From the NCBI GenBank assembly GCA_963675245.1, contig OY775910.1, positions 672,001-736,000 on the forward strand: a DNA stretch of 64,000 nt. Reading direction: 5' to 3'. A program made the position numbers and the translations under genes. Below the pieces are notes generated by a model, which saw only the letters and a program-made list of their open reading frames with translations, was not told the origin of the DNA and ran no database searches. The DNA is from Acholeplasmataceae bacterium (GTDB taxonomy: Bacteria > Bacillota_I > Bacilli_A > Acholeplasmatales > Acholeplasmataceae). Below, in pieces: positions 8,511-21,653 of this stretch (position 1 is the first letter of the stretch; the number at the start of each line of letters is the position of its first letter).

Positions 8511-11123
8511 TTATTCTTCGAAAAGACTTTCCTTGGTGACTGTTTGTTCCTCTTCGGTGATTTCTTCATCGCTTTCCACAGCGGATAAAACGATGGTTTC
8601 TACTTTTTTCTTTGTATCTTCAACGTTGATACTTTCTTGAACAAATTGTTCATCAGTTTCAAATGAATCCTCTTCGTCTTCTTGTTTAGGAACTAAAGCA
8701 ATCGTAGAAACTTTATGTCCCGCTCTCAATCGAATAACTCTAACGCCTTGTGTTGCACGTTTGGTTTTTGATATTTGATCGATGTGCGTTCTCATAACAA
8801 CACCTTTATCAGAAACGACGATTAAGTCATCTTCTGGTGTGACAGAGCGAAGTGTTGATAGACGACCGTTCTTCTCTGTGATATTAATTGTCTTAACGCC
8901 TTTACCGCCACGTAATTGTAAACGATATTCGTCAACATCTGTACGTTTTCCATATCCCTTTTCAGTAATGACTAGGATTTCATCTTCTGGTGATTCTACA
9001 ACAGCTACACCAACAACTTCATCGTCTTTACCAAATGACATACCTCGAACACCGGCAGCTGTTCTACCTACTGCTCTGACATCATTTTCATTGAATCTAA
9101 TTGCTTTACCGTTTGAAGCACCGAGAATGATTTCTCTTTCACCATCTGTGTGTCTTACGGTGAGTAATTCATCATCATCTTTTAAATTAATCGCGATAAT
9201 ACCGTTTGCTCTAATGTTTTTGAAAGAAGAAACTGGTGTACGTTTGATTGTACCTTTCTTTGTAACGAACATTAAAAATTCGTTTTCTACATCAAAGTCA
9301 GTAACAGATGTAAATGAAGATAGGGTTTCATCTTTATCAAATTGTAGTAAATTGACAATCGGTAAGCCCTTTGCGTGACGTGATCCACGTGGAATTTGAT
9401 AACCTTTAATCTTATAAACACGGCCCTTATTTGTAAAGAACAAGTGATGGTCGTGTGTTGAGGTCATGCGAATGTGTTCAACGAAGTCATCTTCGTGAAC
9501 TTTGATTCCTGACATACCAACACCACCGCGATTTTGTGATTTATAATTATCGATATTCATACGTTTTATATAGCCATTATTCGTTACCGTAACGATAACA
9601 TCTTCAATTGGGATAAGACTTTCATCTTCAATTGCTAAGTCATCTGATAGGTTAATTTCAGATTGACGAGCGTCACTATATTTTTCACGTAATACTGTTA
9701 ATTCTTCACGAATAATCTCAATTTTTCTTTCATGAGATCCAAGAATACTGTTGAAATCATCAATTTTCACTCCAAGATCTGTATGTTCTTCTTCGATTTT
9801 TTCAATTTCTAGCCCTGTCAATCTTTGAAGTTGCATCGTCAGAATCGCGCGTGATTGAATTTCTGTTAAATCATATGTTTCAATGAGTGAATTTCTTGCA
9901 TCTTCAGACGTTTTAGATTGTTTAATAATCTCAATTGCGTGATCAATATCATGAAGCGCTTTTAAAAGACCTTCTAAAATATGTTGTCTCGCTTCAGCTT
10001 TTTCAAGGTTATATTGTGTACGTCTTTGTGTGACTTCCACTTGGTGTTCTAAATAATTGACGATAATATCTTTGAGTGTAACTTGTTTTGGTTGTCCTTT
10101 AACAAGGGCAATCATGTTAATCCCAAAGCTAGATTGAAGTTGTGTATACTTATATAAGTTATTCAAAATAACTTCCGGTTCTACGTCTCTTCTTAATTCA
10201 ATAACGATACGCATACCTTTTCTGTTTGATTCATCTCGTAAATCAGTAATCCCATCAATAATCTTGTTTTTAGCAACCTCAGCAATCTTTTCAATCAATG
10301 TTGTTTTATTAACTTGATATGGAATTGCTGTGATAATAATGCTGCTCTTATTTTTATAGTTAATGATTTCAGCAGATGCACGCATTGCGATAATGCCACG
10401 ACCTGTTTCATATGCTTGTCTTAGCCCTGTTAAGCCGAGAATTTGGCCACCGGTTGGAAAATCTGGTCCTTGAATATATTCCATTAATTCAGAAATGGTG
10501 ATGTCTTGGTTATCCATATAGGCTAGTAATCCATCGATAACTTCACCTAAATTATGAGGTGGAATATTTGTTGCCATACCAACCGCAATCCCTGTAGATC
10601 CATTGACTAATAAATTAGGGTATCTTGCTGGCAATACAGCTGGTTCTTGTTCAGAACCATCATAATTGTCGATAAAGTCAACCGTGTTTTTATCCAAATC
10701 TGATACAAGTTCGCCTGCTAATTTCGACATACGTGCTTCAGTATAACGCATTGCAGCAGCACCGTCTCCATCCACAGAACCAAAGTTACCATGTCCATCA
10801 ATTAAAGGCATGCGATAACTAAATGGTTGCGCCATACGTACCATCGCTTCATAGATAGATGAGTCACCATGAGGGTGATATTTACCCATAACTTCACCAA
10901 CGATACGTGCTGATTTTTTATGTGGTTTATCAGCGGTCATACCTAGTGAGTTCATGCCATATAAAATACGTCTTTGAACAGGTTTTAAACCATCTCTAAT
11001 ATCAGGTAATGCACGTGAAACAATAACGCTCATTGCGTAGTTGAGGAATGAGGTTTTCATTTCTGAGGATATATTTATCTCTTTAACTTTACCTTCGGTT
11101 GTTTTTGTTGTTTGATCGTCCAT
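8511..11123 (-). CDS. gyrA: DNA gyrase subunit A
   Basis: [20 protein letters not shown], GyrA box QNRGGVG, acidic tail. Confidence 0.98.
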   Translation of the reverse strand: MDDQTTKTTEGKVKEINISSEMKTSFLNYAMSVIVSRALPDIRDGLKPVQRRILYGMNSLGMTADKPHKKSARIVGEVMGKYHPHGDSSIYEAMVRMAQPFSYRMPLIDGHGNFGSVDGDGAAAMRYTEARMSKLAGELVSDLDKNTVDFIDNYDGSEQEPAVLPARYPNLLVNGSTGIAVGMATNIPPHNLGEVIDGLLAYMDNQDITISELMEYIQGPDFPTGGQILGLTGLRQAYETGRGIIAMRASAEIINYKNKSSIIITAIPYQVNKTTLIEKIAEVAKNKIIDGITDLRDESNRKGMRIVIELRRDVEPEVILNNLYKYTQLQSSFGINMIALVKGQPKQVTLKDIIVNYLEHQVEVTQRRTQYNLEKAEARQHILEGLLKALHDIDHAIEIIKQSKTSEDARNSLIETYDLTEIQSRAILTMQLQRLTGLEIEKIEEEHTDLGVKIDDFNSILGSHERKIEIIREELTVLREKYSDARQSEINLSDDLAIEDESLIPIEDVIVTVTNNGYIKRMNIDNYKSQNRGGVGMSGIKVHEDDFVEHIRMTSTHDHHLFFTNKGRVYKIKGYQIPRGSRHAKGLPIVNLLQFDKDETLSSFTSVTDFDVENEFLMFVTKKGTIKRTPVSSFKNIRANGIIAINLKDDDELLTVRHTDGEREIILGASNGKAIRFNENDVRAVGRTAAGVRGMSFGKDDEVVGVAVVESPEDEILVITEKGYGKRTDVDEYRLQLRGGKGVKTINITEKNGRLSTLRSVTPEDDLIVVSDKGVVMRTHIDQISKTKRATQGVRVIRLRAGHKVSTIALVPKQEDEEDSFETDEQFVQESINVEDTKKKVETIVLSAVESDEEITEEEQTVTKESLFEE

Positions 11124-11134
11124 TTTATCCTCTC

Positions 11135-14055
<2,921 letters not shown>

Positions 14056-14063
<8 letters not shown>

Positions 14064-14268
14064 TTTTTAAAATGTATTGATCATTTTCAACTACAACAAT
14101 ATCTCCTGGATAAAGTTTCTTTTTTCTTTCCCGTCTAACTTCACCATTCACATATACGTCGTTTTCGAATAAAAAAAACTTAGCTTGTCCTCCTGAAGCT
14201 ATATATCCGTTGACTTTTAAAAATTGTGTAAGTGTTATAAACGCTTCATGGACTCTAAATTCTTTCAT
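14056..14268 (-). CDS. yaaA: S4-domain protein YaaA
   Basis: ITLTQFLK..SGGQAK..VNGE..RKKKLYPGD; located between dnaN and recF. Confidence 0.9.
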
Positions 14269-14367
14269 TGATTTTCACCCTTCTTTCTCTTATATTATAA
14301 CATAATATAAGGTAAAAAACCACCAAATTTACCGGCTTTTCTTGAAAGTAAGTGTGTTATTCCTTAT

Positions 14368-14413
14368 GAAAAATAAAAAGCCGATATTTTCGCGATTTCG
14401 GCTTTTATTTTTC
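14368..14413 (-). terminator. Long hairpin terminator after the small hypothetical gene
   Basis: GAAAAATAAAAAGCCGA...TCGGCTTTTATTTTTC. Confidence 0.7.
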
Positions 14414-14761
14414 TTATATGTAATAGTGTTCTTTTTTTATCGGTGTATATTTTTTTACGCTGTTTTCATCTTCCTCGTGTAAATATACATAATCATCTCC
14501 ACTACGATAAATCACATCTCCGGGTATACTTTCTACTTGCTCAAGTTCCATTTTATATGGAATCTTAAGGCATTTGTTTGGTGTTCCGTCTGGTCGAACT
14601 TGTTTATCAATTTTGACATAAATTTTATCAAGTTCTATGTTTTCGCCATTTTTGTTTCTAATATACACGTGCGGGTTTTGATTCACATAAATGATATCTC
14701 CCGCAACGGCCTGCACTGAGGCTGGATCGGTTCCTTGTGGACATTTAAAACATTTTTTCAT
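14414..14761 (-). CDS. Hypothetical protein with internal two-fold repeat
   Basis: 115-aa ORF with GGAGG RBS; the two halves are similar. Confidence 0.7.
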   Translation of the reverse strand: MKKCFKCPQGTDPASVQAVAGDIIYVNQNPHVYIRNKNGENIELDKIYVKIDKQVRPDGTPNKCLKIPYKMELEQVESIPGDVIYRSGDDYVYLHEEDENSVKKYTPIKKEHYYI

Positions 14762-14794
14762 ATTTTTCCTCCAATATTTTAGTCTTTTAGTATT

Positions 14795-14826
14795 GAAAAA
14801 CCCGATTTCAAAAGTGAAATCGAGCT
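14795..14826 (-). terminator. Probable terminator after dnaN
   Basis: CGATTTCA/TGAAATCG stem, T tract on minus strand. Confidence 0.55.
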
Positions 14827-14839
14827 TATAGTCAATTTA

Positions 14840-15970
14840 TTAATCAATACGCACAGGTAAAATAAGATGTAATAAATCTTGATCCAAATTACCTTTAATA
14901 ACAAATGGTTTTACTTCACCTGCGAACTGGATAATCACTTCACTTGAACTGAATGCACGTAAAGCATCAACAAGATATCGCGAACTAAACGCGATTTTAA
15001 TCACAGGTCCTTCTACATCTGAGGAAGGGATTATTTCTTCTAAAGCATCCCCAATTTCGTGATTGGTTGAACTCATTTCTACAACATGATCTGGTCGTAA
15101 ACTCAATTTGATGATGTTATAATTAGTTTCTCTATCTTTGGGTGAAAGAAGTGATACACGTTCAACAGCTTGTAATAATTCTTCTTTATTAAATGGGATT
15201 GAGACTGGGAATTCTGTTGGAATGATGCGTTGTGTATCAGGATAAGTTCCTTCAAGTAATCTTGTTTGGAATAAAATTGAGTTCATTTTAAACAAAACTT
15301 TGTTTGGGTTGATATATAATTCAACATCTTCATTGTAGTTATCAAGAATACGTGATAACTCATCTAAACTCTTGTTCGGTATAACGATATCAAATTCTTT
15401 ACTGTATGTTCTGATTTTAACGTTTTTTTGAGCTAAACGATAACTATCAGTAGCTACACAATAAATATGGTTGTTTTTATATTTGAAATTGACGCCTGTT
15501 AAAATAGGGCGTTTTTCATTGTTTGCGGTTGCAAAATTTGTTTCACGAATAATTGTTTTAAATAATTGACTATCCAAAATAATAGGATCGTTTAAATCTA
15601 AGAAGTCAACTTCAGGATAATCTTCGACATCCATTAATCTTAATTTAAATTCTGAACGATCTGCTTTAATAATAATCAATTTATCTTCAATCAGTGCAAA
15701 TTCAACACGTTGAGATACAATCTTGCGCATGATTTCAATTAAATAACGACCAGGTATAGCAACATGACCTGTTTGTACAATGTTTAGTGAACGATCATCA
15801 ACAAGTACCTGAATGGCAACATCTGTGTTACTCGTTGTTAGAATCATATGATCTTCATGAACTTCGAATTTAACTGCATAAAGAATTGGAAGAGGTGTTT
15901 TACTTGGCAATCCTTTTTGAACGACAAGCAAATGATTTAATAAAATGTCTCTATCAATACTGAAAATCAT
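14840..15970 (-). CDS. dnaN: DNA polymerase III beta clamp
   Basis: ATDSYRLA, RLLEGTYPD, C-terminal LILPVR; downstream of dnaA. Confidence 0.97.
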   Translation of the reverse strand: MIFSIDRDILLNHLLVVQKGLPSKTPLPILYAVKFEVHEDHMILTTSNTDVAIQVLVDDRSLNIVQTGHVAIPGRYLIEIMRKIVSQRVEFALIEDKLIIIKADRSEFKLRLMDVEDYPEVDFLDLNDPIILDSQLFKTIIRETNFATANNEKRPILTGVNFKYKNNHIYCVATDSYRLAQKNVKIRTYSKEFDIVIPNKSLDELSRILDNYNEDVELYINPNKVLFKMNSILFQTRLLEGTYPDTQRIIPTEFPVSIPFNKEELLQAVERVSLLSPKDRETNYNIIKLSLRPDHVVEMSSTNHEIGDALEEIIPSSDVEGPVIKIAFSSRYLVDALRAFSSSEVIIQFAGEVKPFVIKGNLDQDLLHLILPVRID

Positions 15971-16100
15971 AACGAACTCCTTTATTTTTTTATTAATTAT
16001 TCTTTAATTATTGTTGTTAGTATGTGTGGGTTAGTGGGTAAACATACTTAAAGGCTCTATACTGCTATCATTATACCATATTTTACACAATTTATACACA
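15971..16100. other. dnaA-dnaN spacer: likely second half of a bipartite oriC (degenerate DnaA boxes plus AT-rich stretch)
   Basis: TTATACACA at 16092-16100; degenerate boxes at 16025-16041 and 16081-16089; AT-rich 15980-16020. Confidence 0.55.
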
Positions 16101-17465
16101 TTAGGTTTTGCTTGGATGATCGATTTTTTTATTGATGGTTTCTATTGCTAATCGCATTTGGACATCATTTTGTAAATCGCTTTCAATTTTCTCACATGCA
16201 GCGAGTACGGTAGAGTGATCACGACCACCAAATAACAAACCAATTGTCTTATAAGGAATATCATACTTAGATTTGATTAAATACATCGCGATATGTCTTG
16301 GTAAGATGTATTTTGCATGTCTTCTCTTACCGATTAAATCAGAAACGGTTATCCCATAAAAATCGGAAACAATAGATTGAATTTTATCATAATTATTTTC
16401 ATTTAAAGTATTACTTTTTTTGCGGGTTTTTAGTAAAGGTTCAAGGGCTTCTGTTGCTGTAGCGACTGTCACATCTAAATTATTGGTTAAACAATAAAAT
16501 AACACACGCTTTAAAGCACCTTCTAATTCACGAATATTGGTCACAAAAGAATCTGCAATAAACTCTAAAACACCTTCGCCAACATCCTCAATATCACGGG
16601 ATTCAGAAGCTAATTTTCTTCTTAATATTTCAACACGATGTTCATGATCAGGTGTTTGAATATCAATTGACAAACCAACCTCAAAACGGCTTGTTAAACG
16701 CGACATCATGTTTTTTAATTCAGATGCAGGTTTATCTGAAGTGATAACAATTTGTTTATTTCTATGATACAGATAATCAAATAATTTAAAGAATTCCATC
16801 TGTGTTTTTGTAGCGCCACCAAGGATCTGAATATCATCCACTAACAAAACATCTAAATCACGATATTTTGAGTTAAAATCATCCATCTTTTCACGCTTTA
16901 ATAGATTAGCAAAATCTTCAATAAAACCATCTGCTTTTACATACATAATTTTCTGAGTTATGTCGTTATCTAAAATAAAATTACCAATCGCTTGCATTAA
17001 GTGTGTTTTGCCTAATCCAACATCACCAAAAATGTATAAAGGATTAGCAACCGTACCTGGTTGATCGGCAACTTTCATTGACATACGAAATGCAAAATTA
17101 TTACTTTTACCAACAACAAAATTATCAAATGTATAAGTCGCGTTTAAATTACCTTGACGATACTTTGTATCCATATTTCTTTCAGGACTAACTAGTGTCT
17201 CTTCAGGTAACATATCTGCATCTGTGACAAACTTAAAACGAACTGGCTCGTTATGATATTTTGAAGCCAAATCGTTGACCTTATTCAAATAGAATCGGTT
17301 GATGCGATTTTTGATAAATTCGCTAGGAACAAGTACGTAAATATAACCGTTTAGATATTTCAGTGTTTGCTTGAGTGGTTCAAAGACATCTGCAAATGTT
17401 TCTTCGGAAAAGATTGTCTCTAAATCGTTCAATATTTTTTGCCATAATTCATCATAAACCGTCAT
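16101..17465 (-). CDS. dnaA: Chromosomal replication initiator DnaA
   Basis: NPLYIFGDVGLGKTHL, LLVDDIQ, RELEGAL, GGRDHSTV. Start at 17465 preferred because of an AAGGGG RBS. Confidence 0.98.
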   Translation of the reverse strand: MTVYDELWQKILNDLETIFSEETFADVFEPLKQTLKYLNGYIYVLVPSEFIKNRINRFYLNKVNDLASKYHNEPVRFKFVTDADMLPEETLVSPERNMDTKYRQGNLNATYTFDNFVVGKSNNFAFRMSMKVADQPGTVANPLYIFGDVGLGKTHLMQAIGNFILDNDITQKIMYVKADGFIEDFANLLKREKMDDFNSKYRDLDVLLVDDIQILGGATKTQMEFFKLFDYLYHRNKQIVITSDKPASELKNMMSRLTSRFEVGLSIDIQTPDHEHRVEILRRKLASESRDIEDVGEGVLEFIADSFVTNIRELEGALKRVLFYCLTNNLDVTVATATEALEPLLKTRKKSNTLNENNYDKIQSIVSDFYGITVSDLIGKRRHAKYILPRHIAMYLIKSKYDIPYKTIGLLFGGRDHSTVLAACEKIESDLQNDVQMRLAIETINKKIDHPSKT

Positions 17466-17519
17466 ATTCAAATACCCCTTTGTCATAAGTATTTTTAGAA
17501 TAACATAAACTATTGAAAA

Positions 17520-17710
17520 AGTGTAAAAAACTTACCCACAAAATTTGTGGAAAACTTATTTATCAACATTGCACTTTGTGGATAAAATGTGGATTAATAA
17601 GGGATATAAAAACCTTTGTTAAGCAATTTATACATTTTTTCCAGTTATCCACAAGATAACGTGTTTTATAGAAAGTTATCCACAAGAAGACTGTTGATAA
17701 AATGTTAATA
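17520..17710. other. oriC DnaA-box cluster
   Basis: Perfect TTATCCACA at 17645-17653, 17676-17684 and reverse 17577-17585; one-mismatch boxes at 17532, 17546, 17560, 17588, 17692. Gene orientation diverges here. Confidence 0.9.
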
Positions 17711-17859
17711 TTTTAATGATTTATTTCAAAACAAAAATAATTTAAGGAACCACATTTATAATGGATAAAAAACGCTTATAAAAAGATGTCAAAAATAACT
17801 ATAAAAATGGTGTTTTTTATTATGTATATTAACAGAATTAAAAATAAAATTGTTTCTTA

Positions 17860-17888
17860 TTGACAAAAGAATATCATTTCTATATAAT
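17860..17888 (+). promoter_or_regulatory. rpmH promoter
   Basis: TTGACA-17 nt-TATAAT. Confidence 0.8.
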
Positions 17889-17925
17889 AAAAAAGCATGG
17901 TTTCGCATGAAAGGTGGTTTTATTC

Positions 17926-18060
17926 ATGAAAAGAACGTATCAACCTAGTAAATTAAAGCGTAAAAAAACACATGGCTTTAGAGCTAGAATGGCAACCGTA
18001 GGTGGTCGTCGCGTTCTCGCGCGTCGCAGACTTAAAGGTCGCGCAGAACTTACAGTATAA
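17926..18060 (+). CDS. rpmH: 50S ribosomal protein L34
   Basis: Not in the ORF track: [44 protein letters not shown]. Confidence 0.98.
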   Translation: MKRTYQPSKLKRKKTHGFRARMATVGGRRVLARRRLKGRAELTV

Positions 18061-18081
18061 TAATTTAATAAAAATTACTTG

Positions 18082-18123
18082 GACTACTCGAAAATATTTA
18101 AGCTTTTTGAGTAGTCTTTTTTT
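18082..18123 (+). terminator. Intrinsic terminator between rpmH and rnpA
   Basis: GACTACTCGAAAA...TTTTTGAGTAGTC followed by T7. Confidence 0.7.
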
Positions 18124-18132
18124 ACAAACCTA

Positions 18133-18486
18133 ATGAAAAAAGAATATCGCATTAAAAAAAGTAGCGAAATCGATGCGATCTTTAAGAAGAGGCAAAGTAC
18201 AGGTGACAAGTTTTTTGCAGTCTACAAACTACAAAATAACGAAGACACTCATTTTCGTTTTGCCATATCGGTGGGTAAAAAGTATGGGAACGCTGTAGAA
18301 CGTAATTTAGTTAAACGACGTATTAGAAATATTGTTCAGGAATTAAAGGAACAATTGATATGCAATCGCTTTGTTATCGTGATTAAACCACAAGCAAAAG
18401 AGTGTTCATATCAACAAATTAAAACAAAAGTTCACGATTTATTAAACAAATTAAAATTATTGGAGACCAAACATGAAAAATCTTAA
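18133..18486 (+). CDS. rnpA: Ribonuclease P protein component
   Basis: SVGKKYGNAVERNLVKRRIR (RNR-like motif); synteny. Confidence 0.95.
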   Translation: MKKEYRIKKSSEIDAIFKKRQSTGDKFFAVYKLQNNEDTHFRFAISVGKKYGNAVERNLVKRRIRNIVQELKEQLICNRFVIVIKPQAKECSYQQIKTKVHDLLNKLKLLETKHEKS

Positions 18487-19948
18487 AAAGGTATTATTCA
18501 CTGCCGTTATACTTCTTGTGGCATTCATCTTAGTGGGTTGTGGTAGTAATGATGACCCAATGTATGCAATTGCTAATAATCCAATTAATGAAAAAGCAGT
18601 CTTTAGTTTTGGAGAAACTAACATTAACTTTCAAGGCGAAGATGGACTATCATATTGGAACATTAGAGCAAACAGCACAACTACAGAAGAAGTTTATGAA
18701 GGTGCAAATCCTACAAATTACGATATAGAAACAACAACTAATGGTGGGACAATAAGAACATACACCCCAGTTGTTTATAACGGAGATACAGCTATCTCTG
18801 TGACATTTAAAATCTATATATTGCCAGAAGACACATCGAGTCTTACAGATGAAGTTGCATTTATCGCTTTCCGCTATAGTGAAGATAATGTTTTAACATT
18901 AATTGGTGAAACATATGACTTCACTGGCATTAGAGCGTATGCTTTCTTAGAAAACGGAACAGTTGTTGATATCTATGACGAATATGAGAACCAAAATGAC
19001 TTAGACAGCTATTATGCGATGTTCAGTGATGGTAATTATGATATTTTTAACCCTGGCGATGATGGATTCAAAGAATTTCAAGCAATTTCAACATTAACAT
19101 TCTCATACGATGGTAATGATTATGCTGTTGATGGATATGTTGCTGGTGCATCTACTGCTGGTAGACCAATTAGTACTAAAGATGCAAACTGGTTTGATTA
19201 CATTTTAGTTATTCCTGTTGCCTTTATTATGCAGTTATTTGCAGGTTTAATGGGTAATAATTTTGCACTCGGTATTCTATTTACAACCATTATTATTCGT
19301 ACTGCTGCGTGGCCAATTTATGCGAAAACAAATGATATGAGTCTCAAGATGAGCCTTGCTCAACCTGAGATTAATAAATTACAAAATAAATATGCATTGA
19401 AGAAAGATCCGCAATCACAACAAATGATGCAGATGGAAATGATGCAGTTATATAAAAAATATGGTATCGGATTCAGTGGATGCTTAATGCCGTTCTTACA
19501 AATGCCAATCTTTATTGCAATGTATCGTACAGTAATGAGAATTACTTTGGAAGGCGGTATGTATGTAAATCAAGTTGCGAACACAAAGTTCTTAGGCATT
19601 GATCTTGCTTCTGGTGGTGCTGATGGATTTAACTTAGTCAGTTTACTATTAGCTGTAATTGTTGGTGGAACGATGTTCCTCTTACAAAGAATTTCACAAA
19701 AGAAACCAAGTTATGCGAAAAACACAGGTGCTCAAAATAAGAATCCACAAGCTGAACAAACTCAAAAGACAATGAAATTCATGATGTATTTCATGGTCAT
19801 TATGATGGCAGTGTTTGCTTATCAAAGTAATGCACTCGGATTATATTGGGTATTTGGTAATGCATATTCAATCGGTCAAACCTTATTTAATAGACATTTA
19901 AGTGAAAAGAAACATGCAAAACTTAAAGAGAAAGAATTATTGGGGTGA
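18473..19948 (+). CDS. yidC: Membrane protein insertase YidC (lipoprotein with long N-terminal ectodomain)
   Basis: Lipobox LVGC; QPEINKLQNKY, GCLMPFLQMPIFIAMY, GLYW. Confidence 0.93.
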   Translation: MKNLKKVLFTAVILLVAFILVGCGSNDDPMYAIANNPINEKAVFSFGETNINFQGEDGLSYWNIRANSTTTEEVYEGANPTNYDIETTTNGGTIRTYTPVVYNGDTAISVTFKIYILPEDTSSLTDEVAFIAFRYSEDNVLTLIGETYDFTGIRAYAFLENGTVVDIYDEYENQNDLDSYYAMFSDGNYDIFNPGDDGFKEFQAISTLTFSYDGNDYAVDGYVAGASTAGRPISTKDANWFDYILVIPVAFIMQLFAGLMGNNFALGILFTTIIIRTAAWPIYAKTNDMSLKMSLAQPEINKLQNKYALKKDPQSQQMMQMEMMQLYKKYGIGFSGCLMPFLQMPIFIAMYRTVMRITLEGGMYVNQVANTKFLGIDLASGGADGFNLVSLLLAVIVGGTMFLLQRISQKKPSYAKNTGAQNKNPQAEQTQKTMKFMMYFMVIMMAVFAYQSNALGLYWVFGNAYSIGQTLFNRHLSEKKHAKLKEKELLG

Positions 19949-19952
19949 TTAG

Positions 19953-20576
19953 ATGTTAAAACGTGTAGAATTTGAAGCGAAGACGCTTCAAGAAGCAGAA
20001 AAAACGGCAGTTGATGCGTTGCGCATACAACTAGATAAAATAAAATTATCTGTCATCAAAGAAAAGAAAGGTATTTTAGGTATTGGATCTTCAGCAATTT
20101 ATGAAGCAACACCTAATGTCAATCTTGCTATTGAAGGAAAAGTTTATCTAGAAGCAATTTTACTAACAATGGGCATCGAATCAAGAATGGAAGTTAGAAC
20201 TGTTAGTGAAGGTGCAGAAATTCACTTCTTAATAGAAAGTGATGAAAATGCATTACTTATTGGTAGGGAAGGAAGAACGTTAATCAGTCTTCAATACTTA
20301 TTAAGAAACTACTTAGCGACATTTACTGATGGACATCAAATAGTGTCTTTAGATATTGGAAATTATCATGAAAATAGAAAAAGACAACTTGAAATTTTAG
20401 CAACCAAAACTGCAAAAGAAGTAGCTAAGACAAGAATTCCAGTCAGATTAGATCCTATGAATGCCTATGATCGTAGAATCGTACACACCAAACTAAGTGA
20501 TTGGCGTGATGTTTATACAGAATCAGAAGGTGAAGGCGATCAAAGACGTCTTATCATTAAACCAAGAGATAATTAA
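19953..20576 (+). CDS. jag: Jag/EloR (KhpB) RNA-binding protein
   Basis: KKGILGIG, LIGREGRTL (KH), MNAYDRRIVH (R3H). Confidence 0.93.
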   Translation: MLKRVEFEAKTLQEAEKTAVDALRIQLDKIKLSVIKEKKGILGIGSSAIYEATPNVNLAIEGKVYLEAILLTMGIESRMEVRTVSEGAEIHFLIESDENALLIGREGRTLISLQYLLRNYLATFTDGHQIVSLDIGNYHENRKRQLEILATKTAKEVAKTRIPVRLDPMNAYDRRIVHTKLSDWRDVYTESEGEGDQRRLIIKPRDN

Positions 20577-20580
20577 AAAT

Positions 20581-20615
20581 AAGACCATCATGCTAAAACG
20601 CATGGTGGTTTTTTA
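20581..20615 (+). terminator. Terminator after jag
   Basis: ACCATCATGC/GCATGGTGGT stem followed by T tract. Confidence 0.75.
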
Positions 20616-20694
20616 TGACATTTGATGTGAGGGTTTAACATCTCAATTAAGCGTTAATATGCTATAATTAATATATATTGATTAAGGTGTTTAT

Positions 20695-21642
20695 ATGGCA
20701 AAAACAAAAATAAAAAAACATAAAAACCGCAAATTTTGGCGTCGTACCAAACGCTTATTATTACTTTTTGTTTTCTTTTGCCTTGGCGGCATTACATATA
20801 GTTTAGGGGTTGCGGCGTTTGAAAACACACAAGTTTCTATCATGATTAATCAATTTAAAGACCGTGCAACATTTGAGAACGAAACAACCGTGATGTATGG
20901 CAATAACGAACAAACCAGAAGATATTATAGTGTTGAACGCCGTGAAGACTATGAATTAAACGATACTAGAAGTGTATTTGAAACAGAGGATAGAAAACAT
21001 TTTGGAAAAGATGGAGATATTCTTTTGACACAGGATTCACCTTTTCCATTTGTTCCTGTATTTCATCAATTTATGACATTTTATTTTGGTGGTCATGCAG
21101 CTTTAAAATCTGAAGAATTAGGATATATTCAAGCGACTGGTTTTCCAACCTCAAATCAATCACTTCTTGACATCATTTTCACACGTGGAGATGAGCCTCA
21201 TGACTATGGCAATGTCACAGCTCATATTACACCATTTGATGCTTGGACAAATCCTGTATATCGAGGTGAATCAGACCCCTCATATCCATACTATGGAAAC
21301 TACTATCGAAATAGATTTTTAGGTGTAAGAGTGAAGGATGTTGACGACGAAATTTTAAGTAATACTATTGCTTATGCTGAAGACAAAACTGGACAAGCGA
21401 TATATAACTTTTTATTCTTTTTAGATATGCAATATAAGTATTATTGTACTGATTTTATTTCAAGATCTTATCAGGCAGCAATGCTTCCTGAAGAGGACCA
21501 AGGCAACTATGCCAGAGTCCTTAATGATGATTGGTTTATTACATCAGTCAACGACTTAATATTATCGAATGATACATACTTAATATTCTATGTTGAAGTT
21601 GTAGATGATATTTTTAACATCTACTACTTAGAAGACCTATAA
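20695..21642 (+). CDS. Membrane-anchored permuted papain-like NlpC/P60 hydrolase (YaeF/YiiX/YycO type)
   Basis: GDILLT...GHAAL...YNF...YYCTDFI, with His before Cys; N-terminal TM helix. Confidence 0.65.
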   Translation: MAKTKIKKHKNRKFWRRTKRLLLLFVFFCLGGITYSLGVAAFENTQVSIMINQFKDRATFENETTVMYGNNEQTRRYYSVERREDYELNDTRSVFETEDRKHFGKDGDILLTQDSPFPFVPVFHQFMTFYFGGHAALKSEELGYIQATGFPTSNQSLLDIIFTRGDEPHDYGNVTAHITPFDAWTNPVYRGESDPSYPYYGNYYRNRFLGVRVKDVDDEILSNTIAYAEDKTGQAIYNFLFFLDMQYKYYCTDFISRSYQAAMLPEEDQGNYARVLNDDWFITSVNDLILSNDTYLIFYVEVVDDIFNIYYLEDL

Positions 21643-21653
21643 GGGGGTATAAC

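Noticed and set aside
17643..17687. 14-bp direct repeat as a possible mini-CRISPR or att site
   Set aside because: Only two copies, each a DnaA box; no cas or integrase genes.
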